From Pseudogymnoascus verrucosus (Eukaryota), in assembly GCA_001662655.1 (NCBI GenBank), contig KV460222.1: 64,000 bases of DNA; one strand, given 5' to 3'. The number at the start of each line of letters is the position of its first letter. Within the stretch, counting starts at the first letter, position 1. The notes beneath the pieces were generated by a model. The model saw nothing but the letters and a program-made list of their open reading frames with translations, was not told where the DNA came from and did not search any database. The position numbers and the translations under genes were made by a program. This document shows positions 37,240 to 49,933 of this stretch, one piece after another.

Positions 37240-38231
37240 CTATCTCTTGACCCAGGCAGGCATCTTCCTGGCCTTGACGTGGCCGGTCTTCTTCCTCTCC
37301 ACCTTTCTTGGATCGCGCGTAACACAACCAGCTGCGAAGAAGAATTAGTAAATTGTCTAACAATCAGAAAAATATTCCAGGGGAGACTCTGCTTACCTCT
37401 CCTCAACGCTGGCTTCAATAACGGCTCGTGTGCGAGCAGGGCCTTCGTAACACCCAATGTCAAAGCCTCAGCCTGCCCTGTCGTTCCTCCACCCTCCACA
37501 AGGGCCCACACGTTGTATTTGTCTATCCGCTCCGTCGCCTTCAGCGCCCAAATAGCGCTCTCTCTATCGTGGACTCTTGAAAATGCTTCCACCAATGTCT
37601 TTCCATTGACCAAAATCTCCCCATTACCCTCAACAAGCCACGCCCTCGCCGTGGAGGACTTACGTCGTCCAACGCCAAGTGCTCTGCCAAATCGGTCTAT
37701 GGTGATCGGTCTGGCTATGTTTGCGAACGGGTCAATCGTTCGCCTGTGGGCTTCTATTGCTTCAATGACTTCTGGTGTCTTCAAGGTCGGGTGGATGTGG
37801 TTCAGTCGGTGCAGTATTTGAATGACCTTCTGGTATTTCGAAGTTCGCACATGTTCGCCCAGTGAAGACCGGTAAGACTCCAGTGTCTGCCACGATACTC
37901 GTGGCGCCTGTCCGGGCTTGACAACAGGGAGCGTCTCGTTCTTGCGGAGCAGGGCCTGGAGCTTCAGGAGGCTGTCCATAAACTGGGGGAGACCCGTGAA
38001 GTAGGAAGGCGAAGCTGGAACAACGCGGGCGTGCAGATTCTTCGAATTGTTTCTGGACATCTGGGCAAAGTCTATCTGAGGCGCGGCTACTGGAGGGTCG
38101 GATATGGTGGACGAGTGTCGAGCAGAAGCTTGGAGTCCATGTCGCTGTCGGGGAAACGCCCTGAAAACATTTGCTGAAGAGCAGACTTGCGACGAGCGCA
38201 CTAATCTCCCTGGGATCGAAGCTGCCTTCAT
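37240..38231 (-). CDS. MRPS9: Mitochondrial 37S ribosomal protein S9 (uS9m)
   Basis: GVGRRKSSTARAWL, GGGTTGQAEA and RDPRKVERKKTGHVKARKMPAWVKR* after the intron at about 37333-37395; presequence-like N-terminus. Confidence 0.94.
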
Positions 38232-38469
38232 TTTGAAGCGCCGCCCTGGGGTTGGGAATTGAATTGGCGGGTATATTGGACAGTCAACTTCAAGTCTCCA
38301 TTTCGAGAGAGCTGAGCCGAAACCGCGAAATATTTCGTATCACGTGATTATGTCGTTTGTTTCGCTAGTGTTGACGCTAGTGCGAAACACAAAATGGAAA
38401 GTTTTGCGGCAATTTGTTCTTCTTTTTTCTCCTCATCCACACAACTGATCACTTCCCATAACCGCAAAA

Positions 38470-39968
38470 ATGGCATTTGGAAAGCTCTACACCTCCGAGG
38501 TAAGTGAAGATGCCTCTTGGCCATCATAGTCCTCTCGATTGAGTTGACCAACAATCTAACAGGGAAACCCAAGGTCCACTGCCATCAAGGCGGTTGCCCT
38601 GGCCAACAACATCGAACTTGAGATTGTCAACGAGGACCCTAAACAGGGTGTCTCCGATGAGTATCTCAAGACCAACGCTCTGGGCAAGATCCCAACCTTC
38701 GTTGGTACCGATGGCTTCGTTCTCTCTGAGTGCATCGCCATTGCCATCTACAGTAAGCTCATTTTATCTGTTTTACCCCGCTATTTACACTATGCTATGA
38801 TGAAGAACATTGTCAACAGTTTATCCCTGTCTTAATCCTCCGTGTTGAGTAATTTATTAATTAGACTCTGAGCATAACAACGAATTGTTTACTTTTTTGC
38901 AAAATGACGCAGCGTTCATGAACTTCTGCTAACAATTCATCAGTCACCTCCCAGAACGAGAAGACCACCCTTCTTGGCAAGACCAAGCAGGACTATGCCT
39001 CTATCCTGAAGTGGATGTCGTTCTTCAACTCCGAGGTTCTCCCAAGCCTTGGCAGCTGGTTCCAGCCTCTCCAGGGACGTGTCCCATACAACAAGAAGAG
39101 CGTTGAGGATGCCCAGAAGAAAGTTCTCCAGGTTGTCTCTGTTATCGAGGCACACCTTGCCAACAACACCTACCTCTCTGGCGAGCGCATCACCCTTGCC
39201 GATCTATTCGGCACTGCTCTCATCTCTCGTGGCTTCCAGTTCTTCTTCGACAAGGCCTGGCGCGCGGAGTACCCCAACGTCACCCGTTGGTACGAGACCG
39301 TCTACAACCAGCCCATCTACACCAACGTTGCTGGTGAGCTCAACTTCATTGATGAGCCAACCCTGAAGAACGTTGCCCCGAAGAAGGCTGAGTCCGCCCC
39401 CAAGGCACCAAAGGCCGCTGCTAAGCCCAAGGCCAAGGAGGTTGATGATGAGGAGGAAGAGCCAGTTGTTGAGGTCCCCAAGGCCAAGCACGCTTGCGAG
39501 GCTCTCCCTAAGCCCACCGTCCCCATTGATGAGTGGAAGCGTCAGTACTCCAACCTCGACACCCCAGTTGCCCTCAAATGGTTCTGGGAGAACTACAACC
39601 CTGAGGACTACTCCCTCTGGGCTGTCGACTACAAGTACAACGATGAGTTGACCCAGGTCTTCATGACCGCCAACTTGATCGGTGGATTCTTCGCTCGTCT
39701 TGAGGCTTCCCGCAAGTACATCTTCGGCTGTGCTTCCGTGTACGGCGCTGCCAACGACTCTGTCATCAAGGGTGCCTTCCTCATCCGTGGCCAGGATGCT
39801 CTCCCTTGCTTCGATGTCGCTCCTGACTACGAGAGCTACCAGTTCACCAAGCTTGATGCTACCAAGCCTGAGGACCGCGAGTTCGTCAACGAGCAGTGGA
39901 CCTGGGAGAAGCCCGTTGTCGTCAACGGCAAGGAGTACCCATGGGCCGACGGAAAGGTCTTCAAGTAG
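38470..39968 (+). CDS. TEF4: Translation elongation factor 1B gamma
   Basis: GST-like N-terminal domain (GKIPTFVG, LSECIAIAIY) and EF1G domain (DEWKRQYSN, FMTANLIGGFFARLE, WADGKVFK); strong codon bias; introns 38500-38562 and 38753-38943. Confidence 0.96.
38791..38876 (+). ncRNA. snR38: Intronic box C/D snoRNA, snR38/SNORD38-like
   Basis: C box ATGATGA (38797-38803), guide TTATCCCTGT (38821-38830) complementary to LSU rRNA ACAGGGAUAA, D' CTTA, C' GTGTTGA, D box CTGA (38868-38871) and terminal stem TATGCT/AGCATA. Yeast snR38 lies in the TEF4 intron. Confidence 0.9.
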
Positions 39969-40238
39969 ACATTTCACAAGTAATTTTGTTGACTTGTCAA
40001 TGATTGTAGCTTAGACTACTTTTATGATGCAATGATATACACAATTATGAATCATGATTTATCCGTCCTTGTTTATCTCTGTAGTAAAGTGACAATGTAC
40101 AAGTCTTCCTCCCACTAGTGATCCTGTTGCTGCCATACTCGCCCTTTTCTCCAGCCATCCTGTCTGTAACCTGAATGAACGCCCAGCATCAGCTTGTGTG
40201 TCCTGCCGTTTTCCAACAGGCTGTAAAAGTAAACGTTA

Positions 40239-41649
40239 TCATTCCCCCTCGGAAGTAGCACCATCACTGGCTCCATAACTGGCCGCGTAACTGGCCGCAT
40301 AGCTGGCTTTGAATGGATTTTGACGCATGTATGCGCTGACATCCTTCTGCATTAGGATATCGTCCAGATACATCGTTAAGTGTTGCAATACGTCAGTAGG
40401 TTCTGAGTCGCCTTTAAATTCCGGAAGTTCCACAAGATTGAACGGCTCGCTTCGGGCTTTCTCCAACGAATCGTCAATCAAAATTGTATTTGACTGGTCC
40501 CAGGTCGCACCCGTCGCTTGTAGCGGATGCCGGTTTTGTATACCGGGTTCGGCCCAGACCTTCTCGAGGCGCTTGTACACTTGAACTCTCCTCACAAAGT
40601 CTTCGGGGGTTAGGCCCATACGGTCACGGCCCCATTCAGTAACGAGGTATTGGCGCCTTGGACCTGGAAACAACTTGTCGGCCATGAGTCGCACATTTTC
40701 GAGGCGTGCTGAGGACCAGACCATGACTTGGAAGCGGGAGAAGATATAATCGAGGAAGGACGCTGTAGACTGGCGCTCCAAAAAGTGCGAGGGACGCCTC
40801 CTGTCCGGACGATAGAGAATTGTCCCATTCAAATCTAGGACAAGGAGGATGTGCTGCGGCTTAACGGCTTGCTGAGGGGCAAGAAGTGAGCGCTCGAGAT
40901 ATGCCGGTGATGGGTCGGGAACACCGCCGGAGCCGGCTGATGGTGGGACTATTGGGTCTCTACGAGCAGTAGTCGTCACCGTCGTTGTGGTTGAGGTTGT
41001 TGTGGCCGTGGCTGTGACCTTCTGTGATCGTAGTTTGCGCGTAGTAACTTGAACCTTCGGGATCGGCTGTGGAAGTTGTCCTTCGCCTTGATTCACTGCC
41101 TGTGAACTAGGACCTTCTTGATTCTTTTTCTTCTTTGGTTTATGTTTCTTGACGCCGGGTATTGACCCTGGAGTGACCATTGTAGAATCTATCGAAGTCT
41201 CATCGCCTCTGTAACAAGCCCCAGGTTAATACATTGGCCGAGATGGAAGGTTTCTAGGAGTAAGATGAGAACAGGCTCGTCGGCCAGCTATTCACTTACA
41301 ATATCAATGGGCCACGAGTGGCTTCAGTGCCGGGAGGTTGGCTTAGCTGTACCTCCAAATCGGCCTTTTCGGCGAGATGTTGTGCGAGCTTTTTGAGTTT
41401 CTTGGAGTTTGTGTCTTCCCTTGAATTTAGAGCCGCAATCGCAGCATCTAGAACGGCAATCCTTTGCGATGCCATTTCTTGGAATGTAGGCAGAGCCTTG
41501 TGGGCCTGTTTCCTCATCCCAACGGGAATCATTTTGGTATAGCGGCTATGTCGCCGCTGTGCGCTTGTCAAAGTAATCTTGGATGACGCCTTGATGCAGT
41601 TCCAAACGGGTGTTGCAGCAGCTCTATATAGGAGCGACTTAGTGTTCAT
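40239..41649 (-). CDS. NIF/FCP1-homology (HAD-like) domain protein with presequence-like N-terminus
   Basis: Intron about 41209-41299 joins two ORFs; LLVLDLNGTIL, VMVWSSA, VYKRLEKVW and WDQSNTILIDDS motifs; C-terminal ASYA repeats. Confidence 0.8.
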
Positions 41650-41917
41650 GCGTTAGGTTGCTCGATTTGAAAAGACTGTGAGTCCAGGCACCAGTGAAAT
41701 GTACTCTCCGCCTCCCGCTGAGTACAACCCGATGAGTGTCGAAATAATCGCGGCCGATAAAGATTGTGCCGCATTCTTCCGCCTAAGATATGACCCAAAC
41801 TAACTTAGCGTTAATACTATCAGGGCCAATGCACGGACCACCAAATTTTTATGAAGGTTGCCTTTGAAGATGAAGATTACCCCACGGTTGGTCATACATT
41901 ATCTCGCAACCTGAACA

Positions 41918-42901
41918 ATGTCCTCTGTAAAGCGCAAGGCCCTTGAGTCATCGCTCCAACGGCGAGTCCGAGCTAGAAGAGATGCGAGCGAGGAGCCACA
42001 AGAACTCTCAGAGTCATCAGATCAAGACGATGGTGCCAGCGGCAGTGAGGATGGTGTAGATGAGAACTTAGCTAACAATAATGAAAGCGATGACTCTGTG
42101 AGTCAATTCACTCAAATACTTCATGAATATATTCTAACATTCTATTAGGGCGATGCGGAAGACTCTGAATCAGAAGGATCTGAGCCTGGCGAGGCAGCAT
42201 CAATATCCTTTGGCGCATTGGCCAAAGCGCAGGAGTCTATACAGCGGTCAGCAAAAGGGAAACCCGGCAAGGAGACAAAACGGCCCAAGAAAGTGTCCGA
42301 CGACCCGTGGGAAAACAATGAGGCAGCCGAAAGAAAGGCAGGGCGAAAAGACCACAGGGATTTTAGCCGCTCAAATAAAAACGCCCCAACAGAGATTTCA
42401 AGCAAGAAGGCAGTCTCACGAAAGCGCGACGTCGTTCCAGTTATAAAGCGGGATTACCGAGACCCAAGATTTGATCCATCGGTAGGACAGGTGGATGATA
42501 CGAAAGTAAACAAGGCCTACTCGTTCTTGAATGACTACAGGCAAGATGAGGTCAAGGCTCTCAAGGAGCAGATTAAGAAATCCAAGGACGAACATGAGAA
42601 AGAAAAAATGAAGCGCACTCTTCACTCGTTGGAATCTAAAGTGAAGGCTGCGGCGAGGAAGGCAAAGGAGTCCGAAATTCTGGACAAGCACCGCAAAGAA
42701 GAGAAGCAATTGGTCAAGGAAGGCAAGACACCGTTCTACCTCAAGAAAGCTGAGCAGAAGAAGCAGTTCATCATGGAGCAATACAGCTCGCTCAAGGGGA
42801 AGCAACTGGACCATGTTATCGAGAGGAGAAGGAAGAAGGTGGAAGGGAAAGAGAAGAAGAACCTTCCATATGCCAGACGAGATTTTGGCGGAGACAATTG
42901 A
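41918..42901 (+). CDS. RRP36: rRNA biogenesis protein Rrp36
   Basis: KNAPTEISSKKAVS, RDPRFD, YSFLNDYR, GKTPFYLKK and ERRRKKVEGKEKK; intron about 42098-42148. Confidence 0.92.
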
Positions 42902-43063
42902 TCATACTACTCATGAATTTCGTAGTACGCCTCTGGATGGAAAAATATATACCCCGGCGTTAGATTATGAGTCGAATTGTATTGTCTATGTCCAATATAT
43001 CCTTATGTCTACATATTGCCATACCCTTGCCAATGCATTTATGTTATTACAGTGTTGTACAAC

Positions 43064-45539
43064 CTAATTATACCCGCCCTTGTTCATACTATTCACGAAG
43101 AGCTCTCTACAGCGAACCTGGCTTCCCAAACGTGCGCAAAGCAGGAAAGCTCCGCTCAGCTTTCTGTGAAGACTGTAGGTCTCTTCTGGCGGAGGTGCCA
43201 ATCGTTCTTTAATCATCAGAGGGATTAAACCCTTCACCCTTTCGGTAATGGTCTGATCTCTGAAGTCGTATACCTCCGGAGAAGTTGCGAGGAATGGCTC
43301 GGCCAGGGTCATGACGGACGCAATATGTGCATCGACCATCGGTTTAGACTCGTGGCCTGTGAGGTAGCCAAGGTCGACCGACAATTTGCGTACTGTTTCC
43401 TCGTCGGACTTTGATGCAGCATTTAAAAGCTGTGTATATTTCGTAATAAACTCTTCTGGATACTCTCGCGAGGCGCCGAAATCCAAGAGCTCTAATTTAT
43501 TCTTCTCGGCATTGAACAGAAAATTGGTCCAGTTAGGATCAGTTTGCATGAACCGGAACTCGGTGATCTCGCGCAAACAGAGGCGGAGGATGTTCGTACC
43601 AATCCAGTCCCTCTGCTCCTGGGTGAGGTCCTGGATCTTTGTGACGCCTACTCCCTCCATAAATTCCATTGTGATGACTTGCTTCCCAGAGGCTTCCGGG
43701 ATGACCCTCGGAACAATGAAGGTGTCAGTTTCGTCCGCAAGATATTCTTGGAATCGTCGGCCGCATTGTGCCTCTCGCAGATAATCGCATTCCCAACCAA
43801 GCTCTATTCTTGCATTGGCGATAGTCTTGTCGAGGAAGAGTCCTTTCGGCAGCAACCGAGATGCTGTGAGAAGCACGGCGAGGTTGCTCAGATCCGAGTC
43901 AATGGAATCCGCGACTCCAGGGTACTGTACTTTCACAGCTACCCGCTCTCCTGTAGATTTTAAAGTAGCAGTGTGGACTTGCCCAATAGAGGCGGCAGCT
44001 ATTGGTTTCTCATCGAACGTGTCGAATAAATCACGCCAGTCTGCACCTAAATCCGCAGCAAGCACTTTATTTCGCTGAGACGCGGGCATATAGTCTGCGT
44101 TATCTTGCACTCTGAGCAGGACTTCTTGGATTGGCGCAGGGAGCATTTTTGAGTCTTGAAAGCTCAACATTTGACCCATCTTGAGTGCTGCTCCTCTCAT
44201 TCGAGACAGTTTGGCGACTAGCCTATCCATATTCGCAGCGCTTAGCATGAATGAACCCTCTCCACCATTGCCGGTGACTCTACGTAGGCTTTCGCCAATA
44301 GCGCCACCGAACATACCAGCTGCTAGTCCGCCATAATTCCACAACCTCCCCATTCTGGAAGATGGAACTTTAGACTCTCGCATTTCATACACAGCCTTTG
44401 GTGCGCTAGCTTCTGCGATTATCTAGGGCGTGTATGTTAGCTATCAGATGCCACTGCCTGGTTTTGGGCGTGGAATCGGTGCTTACTTTGATCAGCGTGT
44501 CTTCATCTTTCTGCTCCAGAACTGTCTCTGGACTCCGAACCTCGGCATCAGAAGTGAACGTATCGTGTTGCTGAGCAGTTTTGGAAGGAACCCCCCTAGG
44601 TATCTGTGTAGGGGTCGGCTGCGGAGTGACTTTATCGGAGCTCCTAACGTTGGTATGCGCTCTTCCGCCCAATGACTTAGCAACGCGGGAGCTAGAAAAG
44701 ATTGCAGTATTTATTCCCTCTGGGATTTCTTCTTCTTCTGCGAGAGTGTCTATTTTTCCAACTGTGCTGGCCGTTGGGGCTTGAACAGGAGACGAGTAAG
44801 ACTCCGAGTTTAAGCCCTGATTGTTCAGGTGCGCATCGTCTGCTTGAACATGGCTAGGGTGTTTCGGCACCTTAACCCTGGGCAACGAGGACAGAATGGG
44901 TGAGTTATACTGCAATGGCTTGTAGGAGCTATCGTTGTCAATACCATTGGGTGTGTCATTTCGTGAAGTGTCGGCCTTCCCATCTGCGGCATATGAGGGA
45001 ATCTGATTCTCATAACTCCGTTGTAACCGTCTCGCTTCATCCGATGTCAAGTGATTATCCCGACTATGACGGCTGGGTTCGATTGGCTGGCTAGGGTGCG
45101 CATTTGCCGCCTTGGGAGGTTGTTCTGACAAGATACTATGGTTCCCCTCGAGTTTCTCAGCATCTAGCTTGCTTGGAGGTATCGTGCCATCCGGACGGCT
45201 AGGGATGCTAGCTTCTTCTTGTATAATATGCCGGGCTTCGTTTGGTTTGGCGCCTTCGGGGCCAGGATGAGGCGCAACTTTCTGTGCCGAGTCGCCCGGG
45301 TTTGTCTCTGCCGCTTCTGAGGCCCATTGTGGCTTGTCCTCGTTCAATCGTGATGCCAAAAAAGAGGCGGCCCTCGCGGTTTCAGTGTAGCGTGCAGCTT
45401 CTGATTTAACGGCTTTGGCAATGCTTGAAGTCTTGGTAAAACGATCGAACTGTTCCTGCCGCAACGCTACATGCTTCCTTGCAATGCCGCGGGACGCATT
45501 GAACAATGCTGCTGCATCGAGAAGTCGTCTCCCCGACAT
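43064..45539 (-). CDS. COQ8: Atypical kinase Coq8/Abc1 (ubiquinone biosynthesis)
   Basis: RMRGAALKMGQ (KxGQ), AAASIGQVH, VAVKVQYPG, MQTDPNWTNF and LLDFGA; intron about 44423-44486. Confidence 0.95.
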
Positions 45540-45968
45540 GGTGCTAGACGCACAGAGATGTTTTCTTATAGCCCGTGCATTCTGAGTGGTCGGGGGCTAG
45601 GGCGGTTGCTACGAATGAAGTTGTTCAGTCTGGCGGGCGAGGTACGCGTAGTCCGTCGCCAGAAATTCTTTTAAGTTCCCTTGCACAATGACGCACATGA
45701 GCACTTCCGCACGGGCCATTTTTGGCACAACGGTAAACGGGATTCTCTCAGGGCAGAGCTCTTTGAATTCTCGATTTTACAAATTGGATATTTAAAAATA
45801 CTTTGAGGCGTCTAGAATTTCTTGGTATTATTATTATTATCATTCTAACTCAATGCCCGGGGGGGTATGTTAACTCCAGGAAAACGTAACCCCTGCCCCA
45901 CCCTTCCTTTTATCATTTTATATTCATAAGGCGTTCCATCATAATCAACAATTTGCCTTGACCCCCAC

Positions 45969-47318
45969 TCACTTTGGAGTCCACTTAGGCTTCAAGTTCG
46001 TCGACCTAGACCTAGTAGTTCCGGGAGTCTTATTCCCAAAGCCTGGAGAGGCCATCCCCGACTTCCCTACTCTACTCCAAAGGCGCTGTGCTGCTGGAGT
46101 TAGCCCGCCACTTCCAACCCGTGGACTGCTCGGAAACTTCGGCACTGGACTCGCATCAACCTTTCCCGTCATGCCAGCTTGGGAGGATGCTCGTTTCATT
46201 CTCGCGACCCGATCAACCATCCTGTGGTGTAAACCTTCCCTCTTGCTATGCTCCTTTATTTTAAAGGGGTTTGGCGTAGCATCACCCTTTCCAAGCAAAA
46301 TCGCGGGCGATGACTGGGTCCGCTCTTCCGGCTCAGGTTCATCCTCATCCACAAACGCATACCCGTTGACACGCGGCGTTTCACTGCCAGTATAGCCTGG
46401 CTCGGAGTCGGTAGTGCGTGGCCTTCCAGCGATAGCGTCCTGGATAGCCGAGAGTGACGGAGACGGCGGGACTTGGGATTCGTCCACGGTAACCAGCCCA
46501 GGCATACGGGTATTGTTATATACGACCCCCTTAGGAGCCGCTTTTGAAGTAGTCTGTGCCCTTTGTGCCACTGTCTCGATCGAGTCTTCCACTCCTTCAG
46601 GGCCGAACATAAAGTTATTATCTGGCTTCGACTTCCAGGTGTCCACCATGGCGGGTTTCTCGGAAACATCCCGGATGGCTAATCGTTGCCTTTCGCCTCC
46701 ATCATCGACCAAGGACTGTCCGCTTGTTAACAGCTTTGTCTCCACCTCGTTCTGTTTTAGCATCTGCTTGGATGGCAGCTTATTTCCCCTCCACATCCAT
46801 GCGTATTTCTCGGCCCGAGCTTTGTTCTGCTTATCGAGTAGCTTGTAGAAACTTTCGTTGTCCTCGCTGGTGTATTTAGACTGAAAGGCGTCCAAGCTCA
46901 TATTCGTATCGACTTCTTCCTTCACATCTGCCTGCGTTGATGCCGAAGAAACATCTGACACCACAGACATAGGCGTATCTCCTGCATATCCCTTAGGAGT
47001 CTCCGACCCGCTTCTTGTTTGTATTGAAGTTCCTCTTCGCCCTCGTTTTCGCCCCGGGGTCATGACATGGGCCAGTCGGCGCCCTGCACTCGAGATCCAA
47101 ACCTGGTCTTTAGAATCTAATGCATCGAGGTATTCTGACTGTGTTTCCGATTCGAGAAGCCCCGGAAAGAAGTCTCTGGCTATGATGTGGGAAATGCCTT
47201 CGGTATACGCCTCCTCGTCCAGCACCTTTTGAGGGCGCTTGATTCGCTTTGGCGGGGGCGGCATCAACTCCGTATCGGTCCGTCGGCGCACCAACGCATT
47301 TGATGGAGGCAAAGCCAT
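45969..47318 (-). CDS. ESS2: Nuclear protein Es2/DGCR14 (spliceosome-associated)
   Basis: VLDEEAYTEGISHIIARDFFPGL, MSLDAFQSKYTSEDNESF, ETPRVNGYAFV and LTPAAQRL. Confidence 0.9.
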   Translation of the reverse strand: MALPPSNALVRRRTDTELMPPPPKRIKRPQKVLDEEAYTEGISHIIARDFFPGLLESETQSEYLDALDSKDQVWISSAGRRLAHVMTPGRKRGRRGTSIQTRSGSETPKGYAGDTPMSVVSDVSSASTQADVKEEVDTNMSLDAFQSKYTSEDNESFYKLLDKQNKARAEKYAWMWRGNKLPSKQMLKQNEVETKLLTSGQSLVDDGGERQRLAIRDVSEKPAMVDTWKSKPDNNFMFGPEGVEDSIETVAQRAQTTSKAAPKGVVYNNTRMPGLVTVDESQVPPSPSLSAIQDAIAGRPRTTDSEPGYTGSETPRVNGYAFVDEDEPEPEERTQSSPAILLGKGDATPNPFKIKEHSKREGLHHRMVDRVARMKRASSQAGMTGKVDASPVPKFPSSPRVGSGGLTPAAQRLWSRVGKSGMASPGFGNKTPGTTRSRSTNLKPKWTPK

Positions 47319-47543
47319 GTTGTCCTAAATCCCCAAGCACTTTGGTATGTTGTGACGAAGTGGCGTGCTCTGGTATGTAGTAAATGGTGGGGCACTGTCG
47401 GGGCCATGTAGGAATGAGTATAAGGTTGGGGCTTTAAAATCGTAGATGCGGCGTCATCCGACAAGGCTGACGCTAAATTTACTTCCGAGCCTTGCATCCA
47501 CCCAACTTCATCTCAACCAGAAAGAGAACAAACAACCCTCGAA

Positions 47544-48038
47544 ATGACTAGTGTTCAAGCCCCAAATTTAGACAGCAGCATGAACCATGACACAGAACGA
47601 GAAGATATCTCGATGACGGGCGTGGAAGACGCGGAAAGTAGGACCGAGCTACCAATTGCGCCGAAGAAGGGCTGCGATATCACAACCAAAACTATCAAGA
47701 ACCCATCATTTTCATACGCCTATTTGGAATACATTTCTGATGGCCAACCAACGACTGATCTTGACATACTCACTGTTCGATCACATCTCACATCCGGCTT
47801 AAATCAATTTCTTGGGCTTACTGGCGCTGCCATATCAGTTGATATTCTCAAGGTGGACCAAAAAGGCTGCTGGATTCGTGTGCCAAGAGAAGACTTAAGA
47901 GCCGTCATCGCCGCGATGGGGCAATGGGTTGGAACGGGTGAAGGCAGTTCAAAGGTGGCGTGGAAGTTGAAGGCCAGCGGCAACTGGTTAGGGTCTCTGG
48001 TTGCCTCTCAAGGAATTCAAAATACATGGGCAACATGA
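47544..48038 (+). CDS. POP8: RNase P/MRP subunit Pop8-like protein
   Basis: LTSGLNQFLGLTGAAISVDILK...CWIRVPRED...SGNWLGSL pattern typical of fungal Pop8-like proteins. Confidence 0.65.
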   Translation: MTSVQAPNLDSSMNHDTEREDISMTGVEDAESRTELPIAPKKGCDITTKTIKNPSFSYAYLEYISDGQPTTDLDILTVRSHLTSGLNQFLGLTGAAISVDILKVDQKGCWIRVPREDLRAVIAAMGQWVGTGEGSSKVAWKLKASGNWLGSLVASQGIQNTWAT

Positions 48039-48258
48039 ACTACCAGCGCGAACGACAAACGATACCCAAGCAATTCATGCAAGGCTACTATACATTCTGG
48101 CTATATAAAGTCTAGTGTATAAGATATGTGCATTTCCAACTTCCGGCAATGCGAATGATCCGAAAACGCCCCAGGCTACCATTATATCTTCCCAAAATAT
48201 TTGAAGTTTATGCATGATTTCATGAGGGAACAGTGGACTTCGATAATCCCAAATCAGA

Positions 48259-49933
48259 TCAGATCGACGACATTAACGAGCTGTGAGCATAAGCCATTGG
48301 CTTGATGTCTGGGTGAGGGACGGCATCGAATTTGTGGAAATCCAGCTTATAGTCTGGCCCAATGTTGATGTATGCACCCTTGTTCTCTGTGCTATCACAG
48401 TACCTCGGGGCGGAGAAAACTAGAATTCACAATTAATATAATTCAATAAACATGGGAAGTTTCGGCATACCTGTAATGCACTTCCCGTTGTGTTCTTCCT
48501 CGTAACCATCCATGCGCACTTCGTGACTTCTGATAATGGCAGTGAGGTTATTGTTGTCACAGAATCGCTTCGTAACATCAGGTCCAAACTGCATTCCCAC
48601 GCCTCTCTTCGATGGGCCACGTCCAGGCTCGGTTTGTGGATCGGTCCAAAGCATTTCCATCATCAGTCCTTCTTGACCAGGCTGGCGCTGGTTATGCCTG
48701 TTTAACTTCCTGATATCGTCCAAGGTGATCTTATCATCAGAGAATAGACCTCCGTGGAGGACAAAGTACTGGTGTCCGATCAAAGTAGCCAGCGGCAACG
48801 CTGAGAATGACTCGCTGAATAATTTGAAGGTCCTCTCGTTATATTTCGCTTTGCATTCGCCCTCGAAGCCATAAGCACGGTTCATGTCGTCCGTCTCATG
48901 GTTTCCTCTGTTAATGAAGAACGCTTGTGGGCGAATCCACTTATAAGAGTATAGCAGGAGCGCGATTTCTGTCGACCAAGATCCACGATCCACGAAATCG
49001 CCGTTGAAGAGATAATAATGCTTGTCAGTGGGGAAGCCATTCAACCTGAAAAGCTCCATGAGATCGAAATATTGGCCTTCATATTGTTAGCAGTTGATAC
49101 AACGCACTCAGGGTTCAACCTGCACAATATCTCAGAGACATAGGGAATAGCCTTACCATGGGTATCTCCACAAACAGTGAGCGTCGCATCTTCGGGGATG
49201 TCCACCTCTACCATGGTTGGTTCGTCGTACACAATCTTCTTAACAGCGAGAACAATCTGGTAAACGTATTTCTTGTGTATCTTCTTGCCGGTCTTGAAGC
49301 GCTCGATCATGTCATCAATAAATTCCTGGGTCATTTCATCGCCAAGTCGAACACCATCATAATCCGCGTCAACAACCATGGAAGGGATATCCAGTCCTTC
49401 GGCCGCGGAAGGTTCCTCTCCTAGCTCGATAGCACTGAAGAAGGCCGCCCGACGTACAAGCTTCTCAGCCTCTGCGAGCTTCAGCTTCGCATCTTTATCA
49501 CCTGGCAACTTCTTAACAACAGCCTTGAAGTCCTTTACTGCATCGCGAGGTTTGAGAATCGCGGAATATGCAACAGCTCGTCTGTAATAGGCCTATAAGA
49601 TATATCAATGAGTGAAACAGCACCCAAACCAAATATATGTCCTTCATACCTTCGCGAAATTGGGGTCGAGTTCAATGGCCTTCGTCGCATCGGCAATTGC
49701 GTAGCCAAACGCCTCGGACTTGATGTTGGCCTGTCTCTTCTGGTTAGTCATGCGACCACTTGAATAGGCGGGGTGCGACTGACCTGAGCTCTGTTACTGT
49801 AATATGTCGGTTGGTTTGGGTCCTTCTCAATAGCCTTGGTGTAAAATTCGATCGCAGTTGGCCAGTCGTGCGCAGCAAACGCTTTGTTACCCTGGTCCTT
49901 CAGAGCAACGCCTGCGGGATCAGGAGCAGTCAT
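48259..49933 (-). CDS. PPT1: Serine/threonine protein phosphatase 5 (TPR plus PPP domain)
   Basis: TPR N-terminus (LKDQGNKAF...YYSNRAQ); GDTHGQ, GDFVDRG, RGNHE and FSAPRYC; C-terminus [13 protein letters not shown]; 5 exons. Confidence 0.96.
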
